In this document: one piece after another, positions 50,601 through 64,000 of the stretch
Numbering within the stretch: position 1 is the stretch's first letter
Layout of the letters: every line of letters begins with the position of its first letter
From: Octopus vulgaris
Lineage: Eukaryota
Reading direction: 5' to 3'
Assembly (NCBI GenBank): GCA_951406725.2
Contig: OX597823.1
Location: 3,720,001 to 3,784,000, forward strand
Length of the DNA: 64,000 nucleotides
The notes under the pieces: generated by a model
The model's input: the letters and a program-made list of their open reading frames with translations, nothing else
Told to the model about the DNA's origin: nothing
Databases searched by the model: none
Translations under genes and position numbers: made by a program

Positions 50601-51762
50601 TGCACCAAACCTTTTTCTGCAATTCCTTGCTGAAATTAGCTTCCAATGTTTCATGATTGTGGCTGATATTTAGTTCCAAGTCAACCACAGATGAAGGAGG
50701 TCTGTCATCACAGGCATTACAGCAGCTTTGCAGTTTTGAAACCCAAATGATTGATCATTCTCTAGGAACTTATTAATGTAAGACACATGAAAAGCATCCA
50801 GTCTACACTGTAAAGTGGTTGGCATTTGGAAGGGCATCCAGCTGTAAAAACCATGCCAAAACTGACCTCACCTGTGCTGGTGCCACATAAAAAGCTCTCA
50901 GTCAACTTTGCATGGTGGTTGATGTTAGGAAGGGCATCCAGCCATAAAAACCCTGCCAAAACAGACACAGAAGTCTGGTGCAGTCTTCTGCCTGGCCAGC
51001 TCCTATCAAACCATCTAACCCATGCCAGCATGGAAGGTGGACGTTAAATGATGATGATGACGACAAAGAAGATAATAAGGAATTCTTTTCTTTTAAGATA
51101 GTACAATGCAACTTGAGGAAGATTTAGTTACTATTTCCAGCAGATCAAGTGACAATATAGAGCAGCGGTGTCAAGCTTATTTGGTTTTGTGACTCAGATT
51201 GAAACTTGAACTGGGTTTCGTTAGCTGGATAGGGATAATTATTCCTAAAAACCCTGTTCATGATTTTGGACAAAAGAAATGGATAAAGTGGTGTATGGGA
51301 AAACTCATTGGCATGGTCAGCATGTGTACACACTCAACACACACACACAAAATGTAAATGAATGTTTGTAGATGCAGGCATGGCTGTGTGGTCAGAAGTT
51401 CGCTTCCTAACCACATGGTTCTGGGTTCAGTCCCACTGCATGGCACCTTGTACAAGAACCTTCTACTATAGCCTCAGGCCCACCAAAGCCTTGCAAGTGG
51501 ATTTGGTAGATGGAAACTGAAAGGTGGTTGGAGATGAGAGGATAGAATTGGTGGTCAGACCATTTCTCTGTTATCAGTTGTCATGTGAACCCCTGCAGGG
51601 TGTGTTTTTGATTGCACCCCTAAGAGTTAGGCTGGCATTTACATAATGTTTTTGTAGACGCTGAACTGTGTTCTGTACAGTATCATTGGTCCTAAATTCC
51701 CTTCATGTTTAGTGCTGGTCACCATAATCATTTGACCGTTTCTCTGTGCAAAAGTTTCATCT

Positions 51763-51804
<42 letters not shown>

Positions 51805-53332
51805 TGCATGTACATATTTATATATATAATAATTGTGAAGCTGTGTGGACTGAGTACCCAGCTGACAAGTCAATAGTATGTAACTGTAATATAAGTCTAC
51901 TAATTTAGGTGGTAAAAAGTTGAGATGTCACTTTGGTGCAGTGGTTAGCATAACAATACAGTTTACAGTAAATATGACATTCAAATCCCACAAGTAAGGT
52001 TTCAGCTTTTTCCCCATCTTCTATATTCAAATATATATTCAAGACTACTTTATCCAGTATATTCGTCCATTTTCAAGATGGTACGGCAAATATTGAAGGA
52101 GTTTTAGTTACTATATCCAGCAGGATGGTTGTCATATGATGGAAGCTGAATAGCTGTTTCTGAACCATTTTTATGCAATGGCTATTATGTAATTTGGTAT
52201 AAGTCATCAGTATCATCACCCTGTTTATGAAGCAAGTAGTGCAGCATGTCCTTCAGCAAGGCACTTCATTTTATCTTATTTCTGTCCATTCAGTAAAAAT
52301 GAGTTGAAGACTGCTGTTGATGAGAGCGGTCCCTCTCTTCCTCCAGCTGTGACTAAAGTATTCAGGAAACATGATCCGTCTCCACTTACAAAGATATTAA
52401 TCTGAAACTTTACACTTTTACTTGAACTGAGTGTCAAGTCAACAAAGAAGCTGCTACATGGTCATACAACATGCTAAAGATACCAGCCAAGCTTTCTTCA
52501 AATCACTCCTGTCCTACAAACCCAATAAAACACAAGATCAGCACAACTGGCAGTAGTTTTGATCAAGGGCTGCTCTAATAGAGATGATCTGGGGGATTAA
52601 ACAACAACAGAGCAATAACAGTGACAACAACAACAAATGAAGCAACAAAAATAAGAGGAAAAACAACAAAAGCAACAGCAACAAAAAGTCCAACCTAAAG
52701 GCATTGCAGCAATCTTTTCAAGCACCACAACATTATCCAATGAGAATTCACCATGCAATAGGATGTAATTTGAGAGGAGATTTAGCTGCTGTTTTTCGCA
52801 GGTGCGATGACTGTATAAAATCTTCTCTCATTGGTTCGATAAGAAACAAAATTCTTTTGTTTTCTGTTATTTTATATCCAAGTGTCTCAACTTAAGTACA
52901 CTGTTTCAAATACTTAATATCTCTGGTTTTATACATCAGGAAAATCTGTAAGTCATAAAATTCAATGTCCTCAAGTATTTGCCAATTATTCCAAGAATGC
53001 AAGAATGTGCACAAAGTTTTGAATTTACTTGAAGAGTATTTAAATACAATCTGCACCCAAAAATTTTCTCTTTGAAATCAACAAACATGGAATAAAGAGC
53101 ATTTTATCACCTGATACAAGTTGTTTATTCACGTGACTGGGGTCATTTGATGTCGATAACAACTGGCAGAAATAGTCCTGAAACTCTGGTAATGTAATAT
53201 TTCAGGTATATAAATATGTACACTATCTGATAAAAGATGCATATTTATCACACAAAAAAAGACTGTCACATCAGGGAAACTTACTACAACAGTAGAGACG
53301 AGAGTTAGTTATCAGATAAAGACAAGCATGAA

Positions 53333-53423
<91 letters not shown>

Positions 53424-54485
53424 CACTCTTGCACACATAAAGATTGAGGAAGATAGCAAAGCACATCACATCTCAATGGGCATTTTCTTTTATCAACTGA
53501 CAATGAAAAAAGTAAAACTGGTTTTGCATTTTCATTCTGTTATTCTAATCTCTTTTGTTTTCTTCATCTTCGAATGTCAAGATAAGTTTATTCTCTGAAT
53601 ATAACATTGCTCAGTTGTTGTTGTTTTTTTTATTCTTTCATACCTCTATAAACAAAATCACAGTTTCAAAGCTGTTGATAACAAAACACTTTTATTTCAA
53701 ATCGCTTAACAGCAGTAAGAATGTTTCAGTTAAAAATAAATCCAAACATCTAAAAATTTTCCTCCATATTTTTTTTTCTTTTCCAACTTTAAGCGAGAAA
53801 CGTGTGTGGCAGTTTTCCAGCTGGCTGTCACTTGTAAGTGAGTATGGTTTGATAACACACTGTATTGGAAATGGGTATCAGGAAGCAGGGGTATAGTCTA
53901 AGAGGATGAGGTTGGAAAGGTGGGACAAAATGCTATATGCCACCATTCTCTATGAGCTGAAAAGTAGAACATTGCCCCTATGTGTACCTCTCCATTTCCA
54001 TCACTGGTAGCATATACCATGCTTTTGCTAATTGTTTTAAGTGCTTGCGATCAAACATTGATACTGACTCAAGTATCCAGCCCACTTCTAACCCAGTAGA
54101 GCATGGAGGATGTAACAGCTGGAGGGGTGAGATGGTTGCACCAACTCTAAGCTTATACTAATTTTTAGCTGTGCAGAGTAAAATGAAGTGCCATGTTCAA
54201 GGACACAATATGCTATCTGGCCTGAGAATTAATCCCACTACCATGAGATCTTGAACTCGGGTCATGCACCTTCACATTTAGCCTACATTTTAATTACATC
54301 TAAAATATATGTGGTACGAAATACACTGTTTCTTCTGGAAGAGCTTGATATGAATGAATAAGTGAGACAGTTGAAAAGAAGGGATGACACTTGATTAGAA
54401 GATCAAGGAAAAACACTGTTTATCTCATTTATTGCATCAGAACTGCAAGCAACTATAAGCTCAATATGACTGTAAGCTCAGTTAC

Positions 54486-55323
54486 GGATCTTTTCCTTTT
54501 CAACACAATTTCTAGTTAACTAAACACTTTTAAACTTCGTATACTGGTAGAATGTGTTTATAAAACATCATTTTTTTCTTGGCTTTATTGAGAAAATTCT
54601 ATAGGTTGTAAGATATTTCGTCTTCAATTTTGAGCATTTCGGCAATTTTAACCAATCGCTGGAGTCCGTTTAGGTAAACAACATTCCGTGCTGTATGAAT
54701 ATGTCCTTCCTTTAAGAAACAGATTGGGTTTATTTACATTTGCAAAGAAAAAAAGATACCCTTCCCCCACCCCTAACCCTAACGCTAACTCTAACCCTAA
54801 CCCTAACTAACCCTAACTTTAACCCTAAATCTAAAATAGATTGAAATGCAATAGATCGATACTAGGGCCATAATTATGGGTGACAATTTCATACGACACC
54901 GCTACAGAAAATGGGATTTTTTTCTAGCGGTGTCAAATGAAAATGTCACCCATAATTATGGTCCTAGTATCGATCTATTGCATTTCAATCTATTTTAGAT
55001 TTAGGGTTAGGGTTAGTTAGGGTTAGAGATAGGGCTTGGGGAAGGGTATCTTTTTTTCTTCACAAATGTAAATAAACCCAATCTGTTTCTTAAAGGAAGG
55101 ACATATTCATACAGCACGGAATGTTTTTTACCTAAACGGACTCCAGCGATTGGTTAAAATTGCCGAAATGTTCGAAATTTCAGACGAAATATCTTACAAC
55201 CTATAGAATTTTCTCAATAAAGCCAAGAAAAAACGATGTTTTATAAACACATTCTACCAGTATACGAAGTTTAAAAGTATTTAGAAATTGTGTTGAAAAG
55301 TGCCGTTCAAAAGGAAAAGATCT
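54486..55323. mobile_element. Fold-back DNA transposon derivative (about 410-bp TIRs, 8-bp TSD; Merlin-like) with internal telomere-type repeats
   Basis: GGATCTTTTCCTTTT ... AAAAGGAAAAGATCT, TSD TCAGTTAC (54478-54485, 55324-55331), (CCCTAA)n at about 54771-54828 and (TTAGGG)n at about 55001-55026, loop near 54905-54923. Confidence 0.85.
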
Positions 55324-55555
55324 TCAGTTACTCATAGGACTTCTCTCATTAATGGGAATGAGTATATTACTGCTTGAGGGAGAATGAAATTACAAAATGC
55401 AATTAACCGGGTTCAAAGTTGAAACTGCAACCGAAAATGAAAAGAAAAAAAAGGGATGGTCAAGAGGTGCTCCTTGGCCGAGAAACACGATATTCTCAGC
55501 TTTGTTTTCAGGGTGCTCAGAATATATGAAATGTGCTGAATTAACAACCCTTGGC

Positions 55556-55602
<47 letters not shown>

Positions 55603-56125
55603 TGTGTGTGTGTGTGCGTGCGTGCATGTGTGCGTGCGTGCATGTGTGCGTGCGTGCATGCGTGCGTATAATGTGTCTGGAGAGAGAAGAGAGACAGACA
55701 AACAGAGAGAAATGGAATATGATGAAGTCAACAAATCTTAAATTATGATTTGAAAATGAATAATTCAAACTCAAAACATGATTTTAGTGCGTTATTAAAA
55801 TTGCTTTACTGTAATATTTTCAGTAAAGCTTACACATAGGTATATGTTTATGTGTTTGTATATCCGTATGAATATTTATATATTAAACGAGAATTTAAAA
55901 AAAGGCAAAGGACATAAACTGACAAAAAAGCTGACTCTCCAATAAAGTCTAAATAGTCTAATAAGGACAAAAACACACACAAAAAATACATAATAGTAAT
56001 AACTTTAACTTCAAAGTTTCACTGATAACATCTTGTCAAAAGCTATTTGACAAGACATTATCCACGGGGCTTTGAAGTCATGGCCGCTATGTATGTATTG
56101 TATGTGTGTGTGTGTGTGTGTGCGC

Positions 56126-56166
<41 letters not shown>

Positions 56167-58309
56167 TACACATACAAGCACAGAAGCACGCACGCATGCA
56201 CACACACACACACTCAGTTTATGTAATTTACATCTATGTCTGATACAATCACGAGAGTCTGTATTATATGACAAAATACATCAGAAGTGTTATATAACCC
56301 TCAACAGTATTGTGTTACGTATTGTATTTTATTTCCTCAACACTGGGAGACACTTTAACAAGTCTACTAAGGTTTTCTACATCGAGACAAGTCAGCAAGT
56401 AATACCAGCCGTTGATCCATATTCAGATCTTGCGTATATTAAACATACAGTAACTTACGTTAAACTAATATATATATGTGTGTGTGTATGGATGTATATG
56501 TGCATGTGTGAAGGTATATGTATGTACATATTACTACTGTATGTATATTTGCATGTGTGTGTCAATATGTATGTTTTCATTCTTTCGCTATTAAAATTAT
56601 TCATAGGAGGGAGATGGTTCTTAACAAAAACAGAAGCTTGCATCACTGGAATTTGGTTAACAATGGCGATAACTGTTATACATTAAATTTTAGAAGAGTC
56701 TTACAGATTTTTATTGTTCCACTTATAGATAGATGGCAGCTGTGAAGTGTGTATCTTTGCATAAAAACCATAACTTTCCCAGATTGTTACTTGATGGTGA
56801 GTTCAATGAGGAATATCGTGATATTTACAGTCAAAGAAGACAATATGGTATCGACAGGGGTGGGTGGGGTGTGGTACAAAAAGGAAACGGCAGATCCAAT
56901 GTCAAGGCAGTCCGAGAAGATCAAATGAACTTTGGTCTGTGGATGATCATTCCAAGATGATATGGTGCTTATTCTCAAGTGTAATGAAAGCAGGTAGAAT
57001 AAAGTGTTTGATACAGGAATAGATTCGAACCCACATCTGTTGAACATGTATGGCCAATCCACTTGGCTATCTTATTATTTCTACCTTGTATTTAATATTT
57101 TTATAAATATTCGTGTATAAATATGATAACCTTCATTACAGTATATTTAATCATAACACGAGGCTCAAAGTTTAGGTACAGGCAGTACCCGTCACTGAGT
57201 GATGCACAATATATAACTTCCCCTCGGGTACTGGTTCTCACACTCCCAGGAGATCAGCTACATTCAGAAAGATATGAACCTCTGATTTAGTAGCAAGACC
57301 ATTCCAGCTAAAACCTTCACCAGGAGAGCCTGTACCCACTAATTTGAATAAGGGCATAGCTCTAAAAATTAAAAAAATATCCAAAGGCTCAAACTGTGGA
57401 ACAAATTTATGAAACTTAACCTATGGTTTCAACAGCCCCAAACTGGAAGAAGAATGCAATGCCAGTCATATTGTCTAAGGTGCAATTCAAGCAATGCCTG
57501 TTGATCATTGCATTTTGGGGTCAATGTCGATCATTGCATTTTTGTTGCCCGTTCCTGCATATCATACTGCAGATGTGCTGCAGAGAATGTCTTCAAGACC
57601 TCAGTATGTGGGTCATTTCCTGGCAAGTAAGATAGCCATGCCACTGACATTTTGTCACCGATCTTTTCTCATGGAACAACACACGAAAAAAACATTCTCA
57701 AAAACGAGGAGACAAGCTAACAACAACAAATAATACTATGAATGTAACTGTTTAGTCTGTTTAATGTACGTCTCAGTTTGGGGGATTTTTTTCTTTTTTG
57801 TTTGTGCTTTTTTTTTTGTGATTATTCTAGAAATCATAAATGTATCAGCAGATATTTATCTTATGAGGTGAGATATATATCTCACATAAGATATATCTCA
57901 TGTCATTGAAATCCCTTGACACTTGGTATTTTTAAGTAATTTGAAATATTCAAACTAATTATTCAATATTTAGATTTTTATTGGTTGAAATATAAATTGT
58001 GGGTGAGTATGTGAATGATAAAAGAAGTTTTGGTGGAGATCAACCCTTTAATTTTCAACTTCACCCCACAAAATAGCAAATTTTATGAATAAGTGAAATA
58101 AATAAATAAGGCTCAAGTAAGAATTGAACAGTGACAAGCATCTAATGCACAATGGTCGATTAGATTGATTGGATCTATAGGAAGGGGTTCGTTATTATGT
58201 TGATAATAAGCAATTAGGTGAGAGGCTGAAATTGTGGACAAAGATGACCATACAAAATAAATATGCATTTCCATACATTTATTAGATCTAATATCTTAGA
58301 TGTGTAGTG

Positions 58310-58540
58310 TGGCGAGCTGGCAGACTCGTTAGTACGCTGGGCGAAATGCTTAGCAGTATTTCATCTGCCATTACGTTCTGAGTTCAAACTCTGCTGAGGT
58401 CGACTTTGCCTTTCATCCTTTCAGAGGTCAAATAAATAAGTACCAGTTACACACTGGTGTCGATGTTATCGATTTAAACCCTTTGTCTGTCCTCGTTTGT
58501 CCCCTCTATGTTTAGGCCCCCTGTGGGCAATAAAGAAACA
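58310..58540 (+). mobile_element. SINE family 2 copy
   Basis: GGCGAGCTGGCAGA head, GAGTTCAAACTC B box, GAGGTCGACTTTGCCTTTCATCC core. Confidence 0.85.
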
Positions 58541-59596
58541 GATATCTTAGATATGTATAAAAGTGTACAATAATATTATAACGGTGAAGAATATTTTTGT
58601 GTCTTTAGGTCGATAGCTGAAGATTTACAACATGGAAGATGTAGAGAAAGATCTTTTTTGTTACGGTGCTTGTATCCTACATTGTCATAGAAATAAGAGA
58701 ATATAGAGCAGATTGATGGATAGATGGATCTTGGCATTAAAACGCTAGGACAAACCAAGCCTTTGTCTAACATGTATTCTTTAAGGGCAAGTAGGAGACA
58801 ACAGCACATCCCTTGGAACAAGATGACAGATTTCTGAGTAGAATTTGAGTTGATTTTGGTTTGGGGTCTAAGTCGCCAGTTTATATAACCCTGGGCAAAA
58901 TTTTCCACGATCTTTGAATTGCAAATGGGTGGGAAGCTTACACAACCTTCCTTTGATGTTTGCTGCTGTTAGCTGATACTCGCCAGGTAGGGACAACTGG
59001 CTAGTAAGCAATTTATCTTGGTGTTTTGTTCTCTTGGGAGCTGAACAATGCCTTTTATGGCTATATGAGTAAGCTGTAGCTCATACTTGGAAATTCACAT
59101 GAACAGGGTTCAAATCTGGCCAAAGCCTTGCTCAGATCCAAATATACGACCATGAAATAAATATTTTAAAATTAATGTTTTAACTATTAATCACAACTGA
59201 GGTCATTAAAAATTATTAGAATTTATAATTGCCTTTAATTATTATTTGCTTAATAGTAATTAAATACAAATTAGTCTCTCTCTTGCAAACAAAGTTAACC
59301 TTAGTTTCATATTTGAAATTGTGAAAAGAAAATATATAACTGTAGCTTAATGATATCAGGTGAGCTGTCACATTTTGGATGGTGTCAGCTGATTTAAGTG
59401 CATAAAACATTTCATAAAATAAAAATGATTGCCTCATATTACCACCATTACATTTTAAATTTGCATAGTATATATATATGTATTATCCATGTATGCATGC
59501 ATCACTCAGTAAACACGCGTGCGCACACACATACATTTATATATATACATTACATGCATACACAGACATGCACACATATACATACACTATATATGT

Positions 59597-59639
<43 letters not shown>

Positions 59640-59892
59640 CATATATCATCATCGTTTAACGTCCACCTTCCATGCTAGCATGGGTTGGACGATTTTGACT
59701 GACCCATGCTAGCATGGAAGGCGGATGTTAAATGATGATGATATATATATATGTATGTATGTATATATGTGTGTGCGTGTGTCTGTGTGTGTGTATTTAT
59801 ATACATATATTCATTCAAAATGTGACTGCGTGTGTACCGTTGGCGATTTTTTTCCCTCCGTCTTCCCTTCCTTGGATCTTTCCTTTTCTTAT

Positions 59893-59927
59893 GTTTCTGA
59901 CGAAGAGCTGCACTCGAAATGTTAAAT
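59893..59927 (+). ncRNA. Minimal hammerhead ribozyme motif within a probable solo Penelope pLTR (about 59836-60030)
   Basis: GTTT-CTGACGA-A-GAG(CTGCA)CTC-GAAAT-GTT-AAAT. Confidence 0.65.
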
Positions 59928-60059
59928 CCTCCTTCTTTCTTTCCTTTCCTGAGCGTCCAATAACACTATACTTGTTCCACGTCCTCGCGTTGTTGTGTTT
60001 TCTCTTTGTGTTTTCATGTTTGGATTAACTTTAACTATACACACACACACACATATATA

Positions 60060-60353
60060 AAATGGAATCTTCCATCAAAGACAATGTAGGAGTGTTCAGC
60101 TATTTTGCTCAACGAACTGCACAAATGATTTGTCTACTGTGATCAAATGTATGAGCCATACATTCGCTCCCTCCCTCCATCAGATCATTGTTACCTGAAC
60201 AGGTACACAGTGTGCCATGCATAAGGTGTCGAAGCGATCGCAGAGCAATGTGATATTGAAATGTTTTGCTCATGAACACAATGCACCACCTGGTCTAGGA
60301 ATTGAAACCATGATCTCATGCAACAACCTAACCACTAGGCTATGCATCCTCAC
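60060..60353 (-). mobile_element. tRNA-derived SINE family 3
   Basis: Minus-strand head TAGCCTAGTGGTTAGG...GGTTTCAATTCC followed by TTGTGTTCATGAGCAAAACA core; related pieces at about 11950-12090 and 54100-54280. Confidence 0.6.
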
Positions 60354-61115
60354 TATATATATAGGGCCTTCCCCATTCAGAGTGAGCAGTGGTGTTCCCA
60401 AATAGGTCTGCCCACTTGCAGATGTAGGATCGAGTCCCTGGGTTGTCAAGAGATCCCAGAAAGGTGACCATCTTGCATCTGCTGCCAACATGCAGGTCTG
60501 GACTAAGAGCTTCTAGTTTCACCAAAACCTGCTCCCACCATCCTTACCCCATCACCATTGGGCTTTTGTAAAAAAAAAAAGGGTGGGGAGTTGGATCAAA
60601 CAGAAACTTGCCAATGGCGTGAACTTTGTTTAGAGTGGAGATTTCCTTGCCAAGGGGGTCCCTACATACTATGGGCCAAAATCCTTCTGCCGTGACACTA
60701 CCTGGAGTGACATGTGAGGTCCTGAAGATGAGTTGTAACGGAATACCACTAGCTCCAATGTCATTAGAGTTGTGCCTTTCTAGCCGGTTCATCTGGCATC
60801 ACCCACTTCCGCTAGGATCAATCATTGAGTTTGGACATCTAGCTTCCTCTGCTTGATTCACCATTGGGGTCTTAATTTGGTGTGGTGAGAGACAAGGACA
60901 GCGTTCCAGTGCCCTTGTTTGAACAGATCTTGTTTTTAGTTCTGATGGGTGTCCTCACACCCTCCTCCATCATTCAGCAAGCTGAACCAAGAGCGGAGCT
61001 GGTTTAGTCGCTGATGACCCAACCATAACTGAGAGGAACTGGAGTACATGAGTACCTGTTGTCTCCAGGAAGACACCTCAGCACCACACACTACATACAT
61101 ACATACATACATACA

Positions 61116-61151
<36 letters not shown>

Positions 61152-61155
61152 TATA

Positions 61156-61201
<46 letters not shown>

Positions 61202-61546
61202 TAAATATTTGTTGTGCAAATGAAGACATACAATAGAAATACAAAATGGCTGACGGTTAGTAAGGAGAGACACAAGTAAGTGAGAAGAAAACAAAGGACC
61301 ACTGATGCGGTCATACGAAAGAACTTTGGCCGAAATATTATTATATATATATATATATATAGTGCGTGTGTTTTTATTCTAAACTGGCAATATGATTCCG
61401 ATATATATATATATATAATATAAGAAAATATGCCAAAGCTGACATTGGAGCTTGGCACAGCCTTATGGCTTGCCAGATCCTGTCAAACCATCCAACCCAT
61501 ACCAGCAAGGAAAACGGACATTAAATGTTGATAATGATGATGATGA

Positions 61547-61616
<70 letters not shown>

Positions 61617-62255
61617 TATATATCTGTGTGTGTGTGTGTGTGTGTGTGTTTTGCATATACAAATGAAGAGAGAGACATAAATATAGACTAACTGACGTAG
61701 AGACGGAAGTACGTACGTCAATGGATGCAACATAACATGTACACTCCCACCAGGTAATGGTTAACCAACCAAAGTATTATTATTATTATTATTTCTATTA
61801 TTATTCTTATAAGTTAGCTATTTGGAAAGTTCAACAGAAATGGTATCCAGCTGTATCCTGCTGTGTGTGATACCATAATGAGGTTCCACATCTTAGATGG
61901 TGCCACAAAGAATTATGAAATCACTTAAGTTTCGAATGCTTCGCTAGTCCTGAATTTATTTAAATTGTAAAGAGATAAGTAGAGGATTAAGATAAGTAGG
62001 AGGAGGGAAGAAAGAAAGGAGATACAGAAGGAAGATAGGAAGGAAAGGGGGAAAGGTAAACATATAAGAGAAGATGAAGAGACAGAAAAACAAGAGGCAG
62101 TATGAAGGTAATATGTATGTATGTATGTATGTATGTACGTACGTATTATATGCATGTATCACACACACACATATATACATACATACGTGTGTGTTTGTGT
62201 GTATATACGCAGACATATATAATGATATAAATGTGAGAAAGAATACTGACAGGTT

Positions 62256-62324
<69 letters not shown>

Positions 62325-62819
62325 ACACACACACAGACAGACAGACAGAAAGGAGGAGGAGGAGGAGGCTTCCAGTTTAGGTTATAAGGTCAGAAATTGT
62401 TATAGTGAATTTCTTTGCTTACATTGACCCCTCAGTGGTTTTCTTTTATTGGGTCCTTACATCCAAAGATGTTTAAGACAATTCAAAGACAGAATACAAA
62501 AAGTGGGGCTTATATCACATAAAAATGTATTCAACAAAACGAAGGATAAGATAATAAAGATATCAACAAGAATAATTCCCCAAAAGAAGATTTGGGAGAA
62601 ACCCAGCACAATGGTCCAGACGACTATGTCCCATCTAAGGCCTCAAGAGTATCTTCTCCTACTTTTTTTTTTACTTAGAAAAGTAAACTCAGAGTAGACC
62701 TATTCAGCTTCACCATCACGGGTGATGGGAGAGATTCAGTATATCTAGAGCTAAGATCTGGGTCAGGGTTTACAATATCCAAGAAGATTTCAAGAACAAA
62801 ATATAACTATAATAAAAAA

Positions 62820-63200
62820 TGTGGTATACGCATGGTTGCATGGGTAAGAGGATTGCTTCCTAATTATGTGGCCATGGGTTCAGTCCCACTGCATGGCACC
62901 TTGGGCAAGTATCTTCTATTATAGACCCAGGCTGATCAAACCATGTAAGAATATTTAGTAGAGGAAAACTGAAAGAAGACTGTCATGTTTGTGCTTGCCC
63001 CATCACCACCACCACCACCACGTGACAACTGCTGTTGGTTTATTTACATCTTCATAACTTGGTGGTTCAGCAAATGAGAGCAACAGAATAAGTACCAGGC
63101 TTAGAAAAATAAGTACTGGGCTTGATTTGTTTGACTAAACCTTTCAAGGTGATGCCCCAGCATGGCCATAGCCCAATGACTGAAACAAATAAAAGGTAAA
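62820..63200 (+). mobile_element. Older SINE family 1 copy
   Basis: GGGTTCAGTCCCACTGCATGGCACCTTGGGCAAGT core and GACTGAAACAAATAAAAG tail. Confidence 0.75.
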
Positions 63201-63212
63201 CAAACAGGTAAT

Positions 63213-64000
63213 TATGATGCTCAGCTGAAAAGTTCATAGGCTGACCAAACTACTGTCGTGGAGTGTGACCGAATGAGGTTCATTTTTCAACATAACCTCC
63301 TCCCTTGCAGTTCACACACTTCTTCCATTAATGTTGCAGTGCTTGGATCCCATTGGTGAAGAAGCTTTCACCTTGTTTTGTCAAAAAAGTCATCAACAGC
63401 AGATATGACGTCATCGTCAGCACACCAATGGTTCCCAGCCAAGTGTTTTTGTCATGCTGGGGAATATGATAGACAAATCAGGAGAATAGGTGGGGGGTGA
63501 TGGACAGCATCATCGATTGAAACCAAGGACTTGTGTGCTGGAGCATTGTCCTGATGAAATAACACTGTTCTTATCAACTTTCCTGGGCTTCTGGTCTCGA
63601 TAGCCTTTTCTAACTGTTTCAGCAAGATGGTATGATTCTCTTCATTGATGGTATGGCCCCTTTTGAAGATAGTCAATAAACACAATGCTTTTTGCACCCC
63701 CAAATAACTGAAGCTATCACCTTCCCTGTTGATAAAACGACATTGGCCTTCTTGGGCAGGTGAGGAAGGGAGTTTTCACTGTACGGAATGTCTCTTTGTC
63801 TCTCACTCAAAGGGATGAACCCAACACTCATCTTGGCTGAGGAAACTTTCAAGGAAATCAGCTGGATCTACCTCAAACAACGTCAGATTTTCTTATCATG
63901 TGGCATTTCTTGTGCGCTTTTGCTCAAGTATCAGAAGACATGGCACCCACCAAGCAGAAACCTTTGTTGTGTCAAGTTCATTGTATAGAATATTCTCAAA
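63213..64000 (-). pseudogene. mariner transposase fossil (runs off the window end)
   Basis: KRGHTINEENHTILLKQLEKAI...PGKLIRTVLFHQDNAPAHKS and GIQALQH*WKKCV are mariner catalytic-domain motifs; TIR-like GCTGAAAAGTTCATAGGCTGA near 63220. Confidence 0.8.

Noticed and set aside
54771-55026. True telomere or chromosome-fusion site
   Set aside because: The repeats are short, degenerate and internal to a TSD-flanked transposon.
56733-57070. Possible old RTE C-terminal fragment (FPRLLLDGEF...)
   Set aside because: Similarity rests on a few residues; too weak without a profile search.
58576-59160. Possible decayed LINE or Penelope coding remnant (VVYLDLSKAL on the minus strand)
   Set aside because: A single short motif with no supporting neighbouring motifs.
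768-62427. Numerous ORFs rich in HT, CV, YI, poly-I, poly-L, poly-T or ER
   Set aside because: They are translations of (CA)n, (TA)n, (TAA)n, (CTA)n and (GA)n microsatellites or SINE frames, with no protein-family motifs.

Overview
AT-rich, microsatellite-rich eukaryotic DNA made up mostly of transposable elements and their remnants. The SINE families resemble those I recall from Octopus/coleoid cephalopods; this is inferred, not searched. No host protein-coding gene is firmly supported, only a few candidate minus-strand exons. Main elements: a 5'-truncated RTE LINE with an uninterrupted 590-aa RT ORF carrying a PHD-type zinc finger inside the RT (30011-31783), and a tandem nest of R4/Dong-type restriction-like-endonuclease retrotransposons in (TAA)n tracts (12.5-18.7 kb). 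There are also CR1 and Penelope remnants, Tc1/mariner fossils, hAT/piggyBac/Merlin-like MITEs with visible target-site duplications, and three tRNA-derived SINE families. The most notable signals are a series of fold-back elements carrying minimal hammerhead-ribozyme motifs, including a tRNA-headed SINE with a hammerhead tail at 27367-27730, and several short insertions copied from nearby sequence. All calls were made by eye; repeat boundaries are approximate unless a TSD is quoted.
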